Shown: piece by piece, positions 23,117 through 36,457 of the stretch | How the letters are laid out: every line of letters begins with the position of its first letter | Numbering within the stretch: position 1 is the first letter of the stretch | The notes under the pieces: generated by a model | Database searches by the model: none | Told to the model about the DNA's origin: nothing | Seen by the model: only the letters and a program-made list of their open reading frames with translations | Made by a program: the position numbers and the translations under genes | From: Balanoglossus misakiensis | Taxonomy: Eukaryota; Animalia; Hemichordata | DNA length: 64,000 bases | Assembly (NCBI GenBank): GCA_040954595.2 | Contig: CM082578.2 | Span: forward strand, 3,268,831 to 3,332,830 | Direction of reading: 5' to 3'

Positions 23117-23622
23117 AAATTATTATACATCTGGCACTGAGAACAATAGAATTTAGCGTGCGCTAAAAAGCCGTACGGAGCAGTACGTACGGAACGAGTG
23201 TTAAATACATCTTAAGTTTCAAGGCGCCCCAACTCACCGTGTACAGGTTAGCGTTGTTATGCGGACGGTTTCAAGGCGCCCGCATTCCAACGCACGGGCG
23301 CGCACGTAAACAAACAAGAAAGATGAAGTTAATTCTTGTGTTGCATGTTACTTGGCTTTTTAAAACGCCCAAATGCCGATACAATCGATCAAAAAACCGC
23401 TCAGTTGACTCAGTGAGCAGCCATCATTCTTTTTTGTTTACGTGCGTTGGAGTGGTGGTGTCTTGAAACCGTCCACATAACAGCGCATGTACACGGTGAG
23501 TTAGGGCGCCTTGAAACTAAAGAGTCTGACGTATTTAACAAGATTTCCGTACGTACCGTTTCGTACGTCTTTTTATTTCACGCCAAAATCTATTGTTCTC
23601 GGCACTAGATGTATAATAATTT
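23117..23622. repeat. ~500-bp imperfect palindrome, part of a repeat also represented at ~52610-52790
   Basis: aaattattatacatct..gagaacaataga..tttcaaggcgccc..aactcaccgtgtaca is mirrored by tgtacacggtgagtt..gggcgccttgaaa..tctattgttctc..agatgtataataattt. Downstream aactatttttgagaac..tacggggc.taggac.ct.gtggaga recurs at ~52680-52790. Confidence 0.8.
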
Positions 23623-24151
23623 ACGGTATTTCACCGAGTAAAATATATCTTCACTCCGTGTTTCGAACTATTTTTGAGAACGCACGGCGCAACAGTTCGC
23701 TGTGCGTGCGAGCGACGTACGGGGCATAGGACGCTGGTGGAGAGGGGTGTTGTAAAATTCGGTTATTAAAAGCTGTAATAACTTTTTCAAAGCTGGCGGT
23801 TTCGGCATGTTGAATGTATCATTTTTGCTTCTTCAAAATTCTCAATGCAAAATAATTGTTAACATGATATTTTGAAAGAGAACGTAGACAATTTTATTTA
23901 GAATGCGGATGAACCCATCGCAATGAAAACTGCCAACCCCTTTAAAAAGATACTACGGCCCACACGTCATACGTCACAACATGGCTACTGCTGTGATCCC
24001 AGGGCGCCCGGTTCAAATTTGAAATTGTTTTTCTCGGCGCATTTTCGCAAATCGTACTGTTTTATAGGTAGACATGTATGATAAATGGGTTATTACACGA
24101 ATGTTGGTCGATAACGCGTCGTATTCGAGTGATGTCCGTATTTTGACGCGT

Positions 24152-24250
24152 TCCCAAGCTTCTCACATAGCTGGTATGTATCCACCAAACCATTCACTGA
24201 GGGTGTTAAGTCAGAAGAGGCTGCAAAATAGAAAACAACGCCATTTCTCT
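24152..24250 (-). pseudogene. Truncated paralogue of the lectin-like exon (copy 2)
   Basis: Closely matches ~6582-6678: acceptor ttttctattttgcag, then SSDLTPSVNGLVDTYQLCEKLG. Homology stops abruptly at ~24152. Confidence 0.75.
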
Positions 24251-25010
24251 CTTTTTTCTATTACCGCCAAAGTTTAACCTTCCCGCCAGAGGAAACGGCA
24301 ATTAAGGCGTCATGTCATTCGAATATTTGACACATTGACTGTACGTAGAGGTACCTAGAGCGTCCTCTATCAATACGCCAAGATTTCGACTCAGACGTGG
24401 TTTCAAATTGGAATCAGCCTTATTTTCTGTAGTACAATACACGAGTTTTATCTTGGAAAAACAACAAATAATATGCATACTGAAGTTCGTCTTTCGATCC
24501 GAAATTCCTTTCCATTCCGTTCAAAATCCGTGTGGTGATAAAAGCAAAACATGGACAATTTTTTTGGATTTGGAAGAAACTATTTTTTTATTTCGCGTGG
24601 CTATTCCGTTCCGTTCCGTTCCGCAAATTAGTGTAAGCCTACCAGGAGATGGAACAATTCCACGATCTGATAAGAGTTGCGAAATTAATGTATCCAATGC
24701 ATGGGTTCAAATGCCTAGCTGAGTTCTGATTGAATTAGGCCTACTAAAACAGAGTTCAGCGATATCGGTGGCGATATTGCCAAGTCACTGTCCGGATTAC
24801 AGCCGCCATCTTGGCTGTTACTGTAAGCTGCCCGAAATAACAATACATCAAACTTCTTTATCTCCTTTGGTTCTGTTTTCTCTCAATCATGGTCAGAAGT
24901 AATGGTGTACCACTCGAACATCAGGCCAATTCCTATTTGTGCAATTGCGTTACGTTTGTCTCGACCACCTATTCAATAAGTTATAGCACCCCCGTAAAGT
25001 TATCATATTT

Positions 25011-25063
25011 TAGGGGCCCAAGCCAAGCCAGGCTTGGGCCCTTCTTGGTTTCGTTGGGTTTTT

Positions 25064-25131
<68 letters not shown>

Positions 25132-26533
25132 GTGTCAATTCTTTGCTCTCCTAGATCTCTGAAACGGCAACAGGTACACTTTTCAAACTTGCTTTAGTGG
25201 TCAAGGTCAATGAGTAGAGGTGCAGTGACTCGTGAATATTTAGTCACGTGACCTGGCGGCCATATTGGATTTTCTGAAAAAATGCAAATCTCAGATCTCA
25301 AAAAATACAAGTCAGATTGACTTCAAATTTGGTGAGCAGCTAGTATACTATATGTCCATCAGTTTTGTAATTGATATTATGCTCTCAAAGTTGCAGTTTT
25401 TTTGCTACAATTTTTTTTTTCTGAAAGCTGGTTTAAATTTCAAAAATCTTCTTCTCCAGAACCGGTGATAACCGAGACACGGGGTTTGGGGTATGTGGTC
25501 ACCTAACTGATGTCTATCAAGTTTGTGAAGATGATTGGTCGAAGATTATGGCGGCCATATTGGATTTTCGAAAAACCCTAGTAAAATTTTAAAAATCTTC
25601 TTCTCAAGAACCGGCGATAAACGAGTCGCAAGATGTGGTGTGTGTGGTCATTAAACAGATGTCTATCAAGTTTGTGAAGAGCAATGTGATTGGTCGAATA
25701 TTATGGCAGCCATATTGGATTTTCTATAAAAAAAATGATTAAAAAGTAAAAATTCCCTTTTTAGCCTAAAAATTGATAGCACAGAATTTTTTTATGGATA
25801 TCAATCATCATATGACAAGAATAAGATATAAATATTTTGGTAATTTTGGCAATGATCTTTGACCTACTTTTGACGCATCATTTTTTCTGCATATCTAATT
25901 CCAGGCTAACCAATAGGGCTATAAGTTTGGTTTTTGATGTATGTGGATTTGTGTGTGATCAAAAAATTTTGCTACTTTTCATGACCCCTTTGACCTCTGC
26001 TGACCTCATTAAATTTACACATACCTAATTACATATGAACCAATAAACCTAGAGGTTTGGTTTTTGTTGGACAATCATGTATCAATATGGGGTCCAAATA
26101 ATTTGCCCAAATTTTGGGTGACCTCAGGTGACCTTTGACCTACTTTCTCATTTCTCGGCATCCAAAGCAGATACAGCCTTGGCGTTTAGAGGTATGCGAC
26201 CATAATGAAAAGCAAAATGTTTGGGTCACCTGTGACACCTGCTTAACTCATTATTTATGTGCATACCTTATACTGTGCTAACCAAAGGGCTAGATGTCTG
26301 GTTTTTGTTGGACATGGACCACTATGGGTCAAAATTTTCTGCCCAAATTGTGGGTGACCTCTTGGTGACCTTTGAGCTACTTAACACTATATCAGCACCA
26401 AACATAGATATAACCTTGATATTTCTTGGGATAAAACACAGCATGATGTTTCTACTCATTAAATATGTGCATATCTAAAAATCAGATCAGATAATAGAGC
26501 TTGGGCCCCGACAATGCTGCTTGCAGCTTTAAT
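25011..26533 (+). mobile_element. Helentron-type non-autonomous element (HINE-like), copy A
   Basis: T-rich site; 5' GGGCCCAAGC..GCTTGGGCCC hairpin; (CTTT)n at 25066-25130; internal ~237-bp repeat; 3' GCTTGGGCCC plus GCTGCTTGCAGC palindrome plus TTTAAT. Confidence 0.85.
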
Positions 26534-26539
26534 TGTATT

Positions 26540-26800
26540 TTTTATTCATAACTCGATTAATTCGCAAGTCACGCACAACAAAAACTAATATGTTCTTGTC
26601 ATTTGCATATAGAACATGTGTACCAAAGTTGATCGAAGCCGTATTTGAGATATCGTGCACACAGACAGACAGACACACACACAAACAAACAAACAAACAG
26701 ACAGACAGACACACACACACACACACGCACACGAACAAACAAACAGACAGACAGACAGAAAAGGTGGCGACATTAGCTCACCTGTCACACGCGAGCTTAA
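26540..26800 (-). mobile_element. 5' fragment of another HINE-like element with (CTGT/GT/TTGT)n microsatellite
   Basis: Minus strand tttaagctcgcgtgtgacaggtgagctaa hairpin, followed by the microsatellite and an aactttggtaca motif. Confidence 0.6.
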
Positions 26801-27476
26801 AGGCGACGGTGTCACTCCCGTGATACTAAATCACGTGAGTAAACAGAGAAAAAATTATAGAATGCAAAATAAAACGCGAAACCAACTTCATTCAAGTATA
26901 ACTTACTTGCATTTTCACATAAAACTAAAACTGTTCTCCAACATTTGAGATACTGCCAACCATATTCTCTGTGAATTGAAAAGTTATGAATATATATATA
27001 AGTTTCACCCCTTAACGCCAGTCAACCCGTACATTTCTCAAACTATATATATAGAAACGTTTTCTTCATTTTCCCTATAATTTGATTAAGACCCACGGAT
27101 AATTGAGAATTAGGTGAACCTGATCGCAAATTTTGGAAAAATAGACAAATGAGGAAAGTTGTTGTACCACATTTTGCCGAGAAAGGTAACGGTGAGATGA
27201 AACAGGACATATCCCAAAGTTGCAGATTGAAATTTCTCATAAAATTGAGGTATATGGGTGTGCAATTGCCAATAATGTTCTTCTAAAGACATTGCCAATT
27301 GTAACATATGGATATTATTCAAATGTATATCAATTCTGTCAATACTGATAAATTTCAAAGATCTCATGCCTCTGATCACGATTCCCTGTGATTGATTTAA
27401 GTTAAGCTGTATTAAAATGACCACAAAAAAACATTATTTTTCATGCTTACTTATATTGTCAAAAGGCTCAACTCAC

Positions 27477-27741
27477 TTTAGTGTGACGCACTCTCCCCAT
27501 CTCCTTTGAATAGCTGGCTTGTAGGTTAAAATTTCCCCGTCTCTTGTCGTGACTACGGTTCCTTTGTCAGTTACCCGTCCATCTATCCAGAACCACATGC
27601 TTGATAGGCCTCGTTCTCTTAACATCTTTGTTATAGCTGCGTGTTTTCTTTCGCTGTCATCTTTAACAAGGCGAAGACCTAATCGCTCACAAAATGTGTG
27701 AGCTCTACCGTTATTTATCCACCCGTAAACGCTCTTGCAAT
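27477..27741 (-). CDS. Exon of a divergent C-type-lectin-like protein (copy 3); not in the ORF track
   Basis: Acceptor ttgatctccag, donor GTGAGT, phase 1-2, 265 nt open: CKSVYGWINNGRAHTFCERLGLRLVKDDSERKHAAITKMLRERGLSSMWFWIDGRVTDKGTVVTTRDGEILTYKPAIQRRWGECVTL. Confidence 0.7.
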
Positions 27742-27862
27742 CTGGAGATCAAATCGTTATTCTTATTACAATCATACATGAAACAATGATAACATTTATG
27801 AGCTTCTGTTTTGAGGAACTTCAAACTTTCTGAACGTGCAAAACCCAAAATTAGTGTCTTAC

Positions 27863-27950
27863 CTGCTTGCTGCAGTAATGCCATGGAAAACATTACGAAT
27901 GAAGCGACGAGCGTTAACTTCAAAGGTTTTTCACGACAATCTTGTAACAT
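27863..27950 (-). CDS. Signal-peptide exon of lectin-like copy 3
   Basis: (MLQ)DCREKPLKLTLVASFVMFSMALLQQA ends at strong donor CAG|GTAAGA, phase 1, in frame with 27477-27741. The start is either ATG 27950/27974 or an acceptor at 27941. Confidence 0.6.
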
Positions 27951-29594
27951 TTTACAGCTTCTCCGGCAAGCCATGGTTGCGAGTTTGCGGCTAATCTGCG
28001 ATCATTTTATACAAGAACTACTTGACAAATAATGCGTGTTTTACAAAGAATTGTAACCACTGCAGAGAGAGATTAGGAGCCAAATGGAGATGCTACGTCG
28101 TGTTCCTTTATTTATGTGTTAGCATTTACCTCCCGGGGTTGTTTGGATCAATAGTTGTCAACCGTAACATTGCGTCAATTGCCCCAACCCCTACACTTTC
28201 TTGGAGACAACAAGGAGAAAGTCTTTTGTCCGTGTACGCAAGTCTCCTGCCGAAGGAATTAACGAAAAATGTACTAGAGTGCATGCTGGAACAATTAACA
28301 TTCTTAAATTAAAAGTAAGTTACAAAACAGTCTTCTATATTGCGAAGATTGAATTTCCCTCAATAAAGGGTGCCCGACAAGTGTTAGGTGTGCATTGCCA
28401 TGTAAGACATACTGGCACGCATTCTTCAAAAGTCACAAACATAAGGGGGGGGGTTGACAAGATGAACTTGACAGATTAAATTATCTGCATGTTGAAATGT
28501 TGCATTCTTTGTTTGTTTGTCATTGTTACACTGCGATCATTTCTGGTCTGTAATTTTTTAGTTCCCGCGCGAAGCGAGGATTTGTTGGTCCGTGCGCACT
28601 TCATCAACGATTTAATTTCATCGTCGTTTGAGAAGTAAGCATTGTGCAACTGAGCATAACATATAGTCCTGTGTTGCATCTTGGTGTACGCCGCTTGCAT
28701 CCGCAAACCAAATCGATTTGGCCACCAAGGATTCAGTTTTTGGGATGTTCACTGTGGCATTCAGGATAAATCTGAGTCCGGGATCCGACTGTTAGGCCCA
28801 TGTGAAGTCTCATATTACATTCTTCGTAGGGCTGTACCATTATTATCGAGTGTATACCCGACTGAGGCGGGGGTCATTGCTATTATATTATATCAACAAT
28901 TGCTTTTGTGGCATATCAGTGTCATTTTCTTAACGAAACAGTGTCAGAAAGAGAAATTGCGATCGTGAACCAACATGGCGACCATGAATGTAAACACGAG
29001 CGGCCGGAATCGAGCATTAAACATGAAGCAGACGACAAAAAGTGACATGACGGGCATCGCGCATGCAAAATGCCAAATATTCCCCCAGAGCAGTTACAAA
29101 AAACGTCCGTAAATTCAATTAGTATTTTTATTTTAACAGTTAAAGCATTCTTGATACGTCAGCAAAAAGTTGAAATCATACATGTTAAATTAACAGCATT
29201 TTTGACAACTTGTATATAGTCCTGTCGTGTGCATACTTTCTATATGCCAGTATACATGCAACTTAGACAAAGGCATACTCATGATAAATACATTTATCCA
29301 CGTGGAACGAAGTCGCATTCAAAATGTTTAATGTTTAATTTGATGATTCGGGTTTTGTATCTCGCGATGAATGTTCCCCCTATTTCATTAATTTTTCGCC
29401 AGTTATAGTAAGAAATGCGTGACTTTACTATTTATGTATTTATGATTGTCATGAAATGAAAAGAAATGAATGAATATTAAATTCTTGCTTCCGGTAAATG
29501 GATACATTAAACGTAATTGGTATTAATCATCAATTTGTTCGAGTCATAACCAGCGGACATTGTGTATAAAACATTTACTGGACCCACTTAAGGA

Positions 29595-30325
29595 AAATTC
29601 AGCATATTGTCTCGAAACACATTTTTCTCTTGAATGAACGTTCGATATATGTTTAATATATTTCCTTTAACGCTTTCTTCACACAAGTTTTCCCAGATAT
29701 CATCATTTAAAAATTGATCGACTGTCACTATTGTAGAGAATGCAAAATTTTCAAAAGCTTTGTAACTTACCTCATCAAGGAAAAGTTATTTCATAGTCTT
29801 GTCGTGTCTTCATTTAATGTTGGGATACATTTGTAGAGTCTGTCTGGTCAGGGTGGCGGTTGGGATGTAGGAGAGACGGGGACACGTGTAGAGTCTAGAT
29901 GGCTTTATTTCAAAAAGGACTGACTAGCCATGGACGACAAAATTTTGTACTCCACTCTTGACCAATAAAGATCCATGTGCAAAACATAGTACCTATTTGC
30001 TACAAATTAGGACAAAAAGCATTCAGTTACGTTTAATGATACATATTTGAAAAGACATCTAAAATAGCGAAATAAATCTTGAACAATAACCCATAACTTC
30101 TGCAACATGCGTTTGGTGTTGTCACCTCTACAACCAATTGGACGCCCCTGTGCTAAACGTGGCATCATCCACCAGATGTGACGATTCCCACTATTGCCTT
30201 GAAAGCAGTCAGGTGATTACACAAATACAGGGTAGAATTGATGTCGGGTTTTGGTGACACCTTCCAAATGTTCATTAAAATACGAAACAAATACATACCG
30301 TGTTCACTGAAACATTCCTTTAATT
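29595..30325 (-). pseudogene. Diverged duplicated segment (copy 1); probable ancient NAALADase-like relic
   Basis: Clearly homologous to 36458-37070. Collinear frameshifted motifs GVT.PD, AIVG, STGAS, VVEVT, MFCTW, IG.EW, EYKILSS, TLHVSPSLL follow M28B exon order. Confidence 0.45.
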
Positions 30326-30343
30326 AAACAGTTAATCAATTGC

Positions 30344-32007
30344 CAATCTGATTTAAATCAGATGTAGGCAACGGCGACGTGTTTTTTTATAATGCTGTCG
30401 CCTCACACTACCACACGACCTGGCCCCTTATGGCTGTTGCCGTGGAGCTACCACAGACGTATCCCAGGTGCGAAAGTCGAATCAGCGTGGGAAATGGTTT
30501 CGGGCCAGCCAGTTCTGTTCAGCGTGACGACTGAACCTCTATATTCCACCGGCCAACGAAATATATAAGACGTGGCAACAAGTCGCAGTAAAATTGTCAG
30601 AGAATTGATTACATTTGTGTAAGGCCGTCCCAGGGAGAGATTCTCGCGTGCAGCTCGTGTGGGACAAAATATCCCCGACGAGAGTGAGAAATACGATCCC
30701 AGGTCCTTGGTGTGTAAGATTCTTTTTCTCACACGACCAGAAATTTGCGATATTAATGTTTATTTACAATATAAAAGAACTAAATCTATAAAATACCAAC
30801 TGATAACTGCATGACCAGTCATATATTGATCCACCCCGCAAAACATAGTCCCCGTTTCATCACTAGTTTACAGTACACACATGCTATAAAAATGTGCTCA
30901 ACACATTAAAATATGGAGATTGTTTCCAGTGGCATAAATTCACGCGATATCTAGAATATTTTAGTCTGTTGCCATCCACGTACACCACTATCGTCTGCAC
31001 ATGACCTGATCACATTGTAGTTCCGGTTTGTGTACAACACATCACACAATTGGATAATATTTGCTCGTTCTGAGGGGTATGAATATCATTATGCAAGCAG
31101 AGCTCGTGTCAGATAACAGTTGTCTGTGTGCGCATTGACACCGAGTGTGGGATCAATTTGATCATATAGTACATAATGTACCTTACAAGTGCAGTTGAAG
31201 AGGAGATTTGCACCTTTCGTTTCTCTGTTGGAACTTCGTTGTTGTACGGTATCTTTTGAGACTTTTTACGTCCTGTTGTGCCGTTTCAGGTCTTGACGAC
31301 CATTTCATAAAACCGAGCAGGAATTTATGTGTGTGCGTGTTATGTATGTACATGTATGTACAAATGTATCTGAGTAAAGTAAGGGTAGTTGGAGAAACGA
31401 AACTCTCTATCCCACACTCCCAGCGGCCAGGAGTGTGAGAATGTGCATGACCCATCTAACAATACGATTGTTTTAGTCGATAAAGTGTCCCTGGTGGAAA
31501 TAAACTCTGATTCAATATATCTCATCGTGAATTTGATCAAATTTTCAAAAAATCTAACAAATGCTATTACTCCTCAATGGAAGCAGATAACGCAAAACAA
31601 AATTTTCGTTGTTTTGAACGTGTACTCTAGTTTCGAATGAAATATTAAGATGCATGATGCATGGTCAACTATTTTACCTAATTTCAATTGAATGACATAA
31701 TACCCAAAATGTTTTTTTAATTCCAAAACGCAATCATTTCGGGGATCATTTAAATGTGCAACTCAAACAAAAACTCAGCTTCCAGAATATATATGGTTTA
31801 TAGGGGTTTTAATGTTGTCTGTGATGAGAAATAGGCCTTTGAAAAAGTCTTGACGGTTTCGTGCAATGCCACCTTAAGGCAACCAGAATTGGCCATGTCG
31901 GAAGGCTCGATTTCAACGGGAGCTTTAGTAGCAGTTGGTCAGATGTAGTGTGAGACGACAGCATAAAAACACGTCGACGTTCCCTACATCTGATTTTAAT
32001 CAGATTG
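30344..32007. mobile_element. Non-autonomous DNA transposon with ~75-bp TIRs and 9-bp TSD (MULE-like), containing nested fragments
   Basis: CAATCTGATTTAAATCAGATGTAGG..CTCACACTAC mirrors GTAGTGTGAG..CCTACATCTGATTTTAATCAGATTG. Flanks ATCAATTGC / ATTAATTGC (1 mismatch). Confidence 0.7.
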
Positions 32008-33121
32008 ATTAATTGCTAACGACCATTAACAATTGTTCTAAAGCTACTTGGCAATAGCGTGTGATTTGCATTTAACAAATTTTGGAGATCAAAGACCCTA
32101 TCCTACGACAGTGGATGTATGGAGCATATGAATGTTGTATAGTCATATTGACACAATAACCAAATTGCTACTATGTACAAGTCTTGTCACATATCAGTTA
32201 AAAGAGATCATTATCTAAATAAGTTGGCCCACGCAGGCACACAACGCTGATATGTGACTACAGCTCGAGCGACGGCTTCTGCAGCGGTGACGGGATCTGC
32301 AACGACAACACAATTGACTATCCCGAATTTTTCTCGCCACATGGATTCAAAGATCTCACGGCGCCACTTGGAGTATTTTCGGAAGATATCGATGTACGAG
32401 AGAAGTTTCTTCCTAGGATGGGGAACGTCCTCAAACGACGTCGTCACTTGTATTGGCTCCGATTGTCGTATCGGCATTTCTGCTGGTTTGGGAGAACGGT
32501 GCCACTGTCGATCACCGTCTAACGGCCAGAGCAAGTTTCGGTAAATTTGTTATTCGGAATATTCAACCTAACACCAGCGCCGATCACGAAATATTAAACT
32601 TGATCACCGTGACCTCACAATGGCGTAAAGATCAGGTGAGAGAATGAACGCCCTATATCATGACAGTACAGCGAGACCTTGAATGCACACTGCATAGGGG
32701 TCTATGACATGGTAGTCTATAATCCAGACCTGTGTCTGTCATTTTGGTCTTCATTTTCGAAATTCTATTTGTATGTCTAAGGACTCAAACCGCAGCAACT
32801 CAGGTCACAGGTCACCATTATCTACGATTGATTGGCTGAATTAATTGACAGGGCTGGCCTGAATTGCTATGGCCGGAGACCTTTAACCACATGTGGAGTG
32901 ACATGCAAATAGCAAACTTGTGTCTAGCGATGAATCATGTATGCGATTTGTTTTCCCTACTTAATTCAGTATGCACCAGTACAGCATGCAATGCGGGAAA
33001 TTACTACTTGTGTATTTATGACAGTCACAAAATGAAAAGGAAGGAATGAATAGAATTGTTACGTGCGGTAAACGAATAAATTGAAGACAGGGGAATTAAT
33101 TATTGGTATTGTTGGAATTTT

Positions 33122-34860
33122 TTAGGGCCCAAGCGCATACCAGCGCTTGGGCCCTATTGGTTTCGTTGGGGTTTTTCAGTCTTTCTTTCTTTCTTTCTTT
33201 CTTTCCTTCTTTATTCTTGGTTCCATTTTTCGGCCACCTAAATCTCAAAAACTGCAGCACCAACCAGGCTGAAACTTGGTAGGCAGATAGGGGCCAATGA
33301 GTAGATGTGCAGTGGCTCGTGAATATTTAATTAGTCACGTGACCTGGCAGCCATATTGGATTTTCTGAAAAAAATGCAAATCTCAGGTCTCAGAAACTAC
33401 AAGTCAGATTGACTTCAAATTTGGTGTGCAGCTAGTATACCTTATGCCCATCATTTTTGTAATTGGATATTATGCTGTCAATGTTGCAGTTTTTTTGCTA
33501 CAGTTGTTTTTCTGAAATCTGGTCAAAATTTCAAAAATCTTCTTCTCCAGAACCGGCAATAACCGAGTCACGCGGTTTGGGGTATGTGGTCACCAAACTG
33601 AGGTCTATCAAGTTTGTGAAGATGATTGGTCGAAGATTATGGCGGCCATATTGGATTTTCGAAAAACCCTAGTAAAATTTCAAAAATCTTCTTCTCAAGA
33701 ACCGGCGATAAACGAGTCGCAAGATGTGGTGTGTGTGGTCATTAAACAGATGTCTATCAAGTTTGTGAAGAGCAATGTGATTGGTCGAATATTATGGCAG
33801 CCATATTGGATTTTCTATAAAAAAAATGATTAAAAAGTAAAAATTCCCTTTCTAGCCTAAAAATTGATAGCACAGAAATTCTTTTTATGGATATGAATCA
33901 TCATATGCCAAGAATAAGCTATAAATATTTTGGTAATTTTGGCAATGACATTTGACCTACTTTTGACGCATCATTTTTCTGCATATCTAATTCCAGGCTA
34001 ACCAATAGGGCTATAAGTTTGGTTTTTGATGTATGTGGATTTGTATGTGATCAAAAAATTTTGCTACTTTTCATGACCCCTTTGACCTCTGCTGACCTCA
34101 TTAAATATGCACATACCTAATTACAGATGAACCAATTGACCTAGAGGTTTTGTTTTTGTTATACATGGACCATTATGGGGTCAAAATATTTTGCCCAAAT
34201 GTTGGGTGACCTCGGGTGACCTTTGACCTACTTTTGCATATCTCGACATCCACAGCAGATACAGCCTTGGCATTTGGAGGTATGGGGCCATAATGAAAAG
34301 CCAAAGTTTTGGGTCACCTGTGACACCTGCTTAACTCATTAAATATGTGCATACCTAATTCCAGGCTAACCAAAAGGGCTAGAGGTCTGGTTTTTGTTGG
34401 ACATGGACCACTATGGGTCATAATTTTCTGCCCAAATTTTGGATGACCTCAGATGACCTTTGACCTACTTTTGCATATCTCGGCATCCAAAGCAGGTACA
34501 ACCTTGGCGTTTGGAGGTATGGGGCCATAAAGAAAAGCCAAAGTTTTGGGGTCACCTGTGACACCTGCTTTACGCATTATTAATGTGCATACGTAATTCC
34601 GGGTTAACCAAAAGGGCTTGAGGTCTGGTTTTTGTTGGACATGGACCACTATGGGTCAAAATATTCTCCCCAAATTGTGGGTGACCCCTGGGTGACCTTT
34701 GACCTACTTAACACTATATCAGCACCAAACATAGATATAACCTTGATATTTCATGGGATAAAACACAGCATTATGTTTCTACTCATTAATTATGTGCATA
34801 TCTAATAATCAGATCAGATAATAGAGCTTGGGCCCGGACAATGCTGCTTGCAGCTTTAAT
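33122..34860 (+). mobile_element. HINE-like element, copy B
   Basis: Same termini and near-identical body as copy A, with one extra ~238-bp unit (ctttgacc at 34221, 34458, 34697). Confidence 0.85.
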
Positions 34861-36074
34861 CTTCTTTATTATTCCGTCTTCTTCTTCCGAGAAATATGTC
34901 ATGGTAGATCTGGAAAACTGCAGCACCTAGGGGGCTGAAACTTGGTAGGGTGGTAGGGGCCAATGAGTAGACGTGCAGTGGCTCGTGAATATTTAATTAG
35001 TCACGGCGGCCATATTGGATTTCCAGAAAATCGTTAAATGAGTCCTTCTCAAAAACCACTGGATGGGCCGATCGAGTTCAAATTTGGTGTGCAGGTAGCC
35101 TACCTTCTGTCCGTCATTTTACCCCATTGAAATCATGACGTCATACATAAAGTTTTTTTTGCTACAATTGTTTTTCTGAAAAACTACTTAAAACTTTAAA
35201 AATCTTCTTCTCCAGAACCAGCGGTTACCGAGTCTCGGGATTTGGGATATGTTGTCACCTAACCTATGTCTATCAAGTTTGCGAAGCGCACTGTGATTGG
35301 TCGATCATTATGGCGGCCATGTTGGATTTTCGGAAAACCATTGAAAAGTGATAATTCCGTTTTGTAGCCAAAATGTTGACAGCATGGAAATTCTTTTTTT
35401 GGATATGAGTCATCATATGACCGGAAGTTGTCACAATTTTTCAGGGCAATTTTCACATGACCTTTGACCCAGTTTTAAAACAACTAATTATATATGCATA
35501 TTCCCCATACCTCCTCTTGTCAAAGCACCACAGTCATGAATTTTGTGGACATGGGTACCAATGCTGCCAGGACATGACACAAATATTTTGGTAATATTGA
35601 CAATGACCTTTGACCTATTTCTGAAACATCATTTTTCTGCATATCTAATTCCATGCTACCCAATAGGGCTAGAGGTCTGGTATTGGTTGGACATGGCCCA
35701 CTCTGGGGTCAAAATGTTATGCCCTAATTTTGGGTGACCTTGGGTGACCTTTGATCTACTTTCCCATATCTCAGCATCCAAAGCAGTTAGAGCCCTGGCT
35801 TTTATGGGGATTGAGCACATAATGGAGTCTTACACAAGACCTCATTAATTATGTGCATACCTAATTGCAGGCGAACCAATAGGGCTAGGGGTCTGGTTTT
35901 TTGTTGGATCTAGACTAGTATGGGGTCCAATTTTTTTGCCCAAATTTGGGGTGACCTCAAGTGACCTTTGACCTACTTTCCCATATCTTGGTATCCCCAG
36001 CAGATACAGCCGTGGCATTTGCTGGTCACCATGGGAACCGCTTGTGCCCCGCCAACGCTGCTTGCAGCTTTAAT
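34861..36074 (+). mobile_element. Related, more diverged HINE-like element, copy C (5' end displaced by copy B)
   Basis: Shares ggctgaaacttggtagg, gccatattggattt and ggtgacctttga motifs. Ends GCTTGTGCCCC..GCTGCTTGCAGCTTTAAT. Confidence 0.75.
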
Positions 36075-36457
36075 CATTAAAGTGTTCCTGTCATAACCAA
36101 TGTGGATTATGTATAAAACATCTATTTTACCCAATTGATGGAATTTCGGCTTATTGTCATGCAAATATATATTTTTCTTGAGTGTACATGTCATATCCAT
36201 ATTTAATGCCTTGCTTTACGTGCATTGTCCACACCAATGACGCTACAATGCACGGTTCCCAGAGGTTAACCAACCGGTAAGGGGCTCCGGGGTAGATACT
36301 GAGAGAGTGGTTTTAATTTATTTATGGTCACATTTCTTTTCCTCAAACTTTGTAGCTATAGAAATACATGTCACCCGCTTTTAACATTTGCATTATTCAG
36401 ATATTGACTTACTTCTGCTGCGAGATATGTTGGTGAAGAAATATGTGAATATTATAT

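Noticed and set aside
27043-27424. Next exon of lectin-like copy 3
   Set aside because: The best acceptor (tctttag) hits a stop in the required phase; no convincing W.D..C motif in frame.
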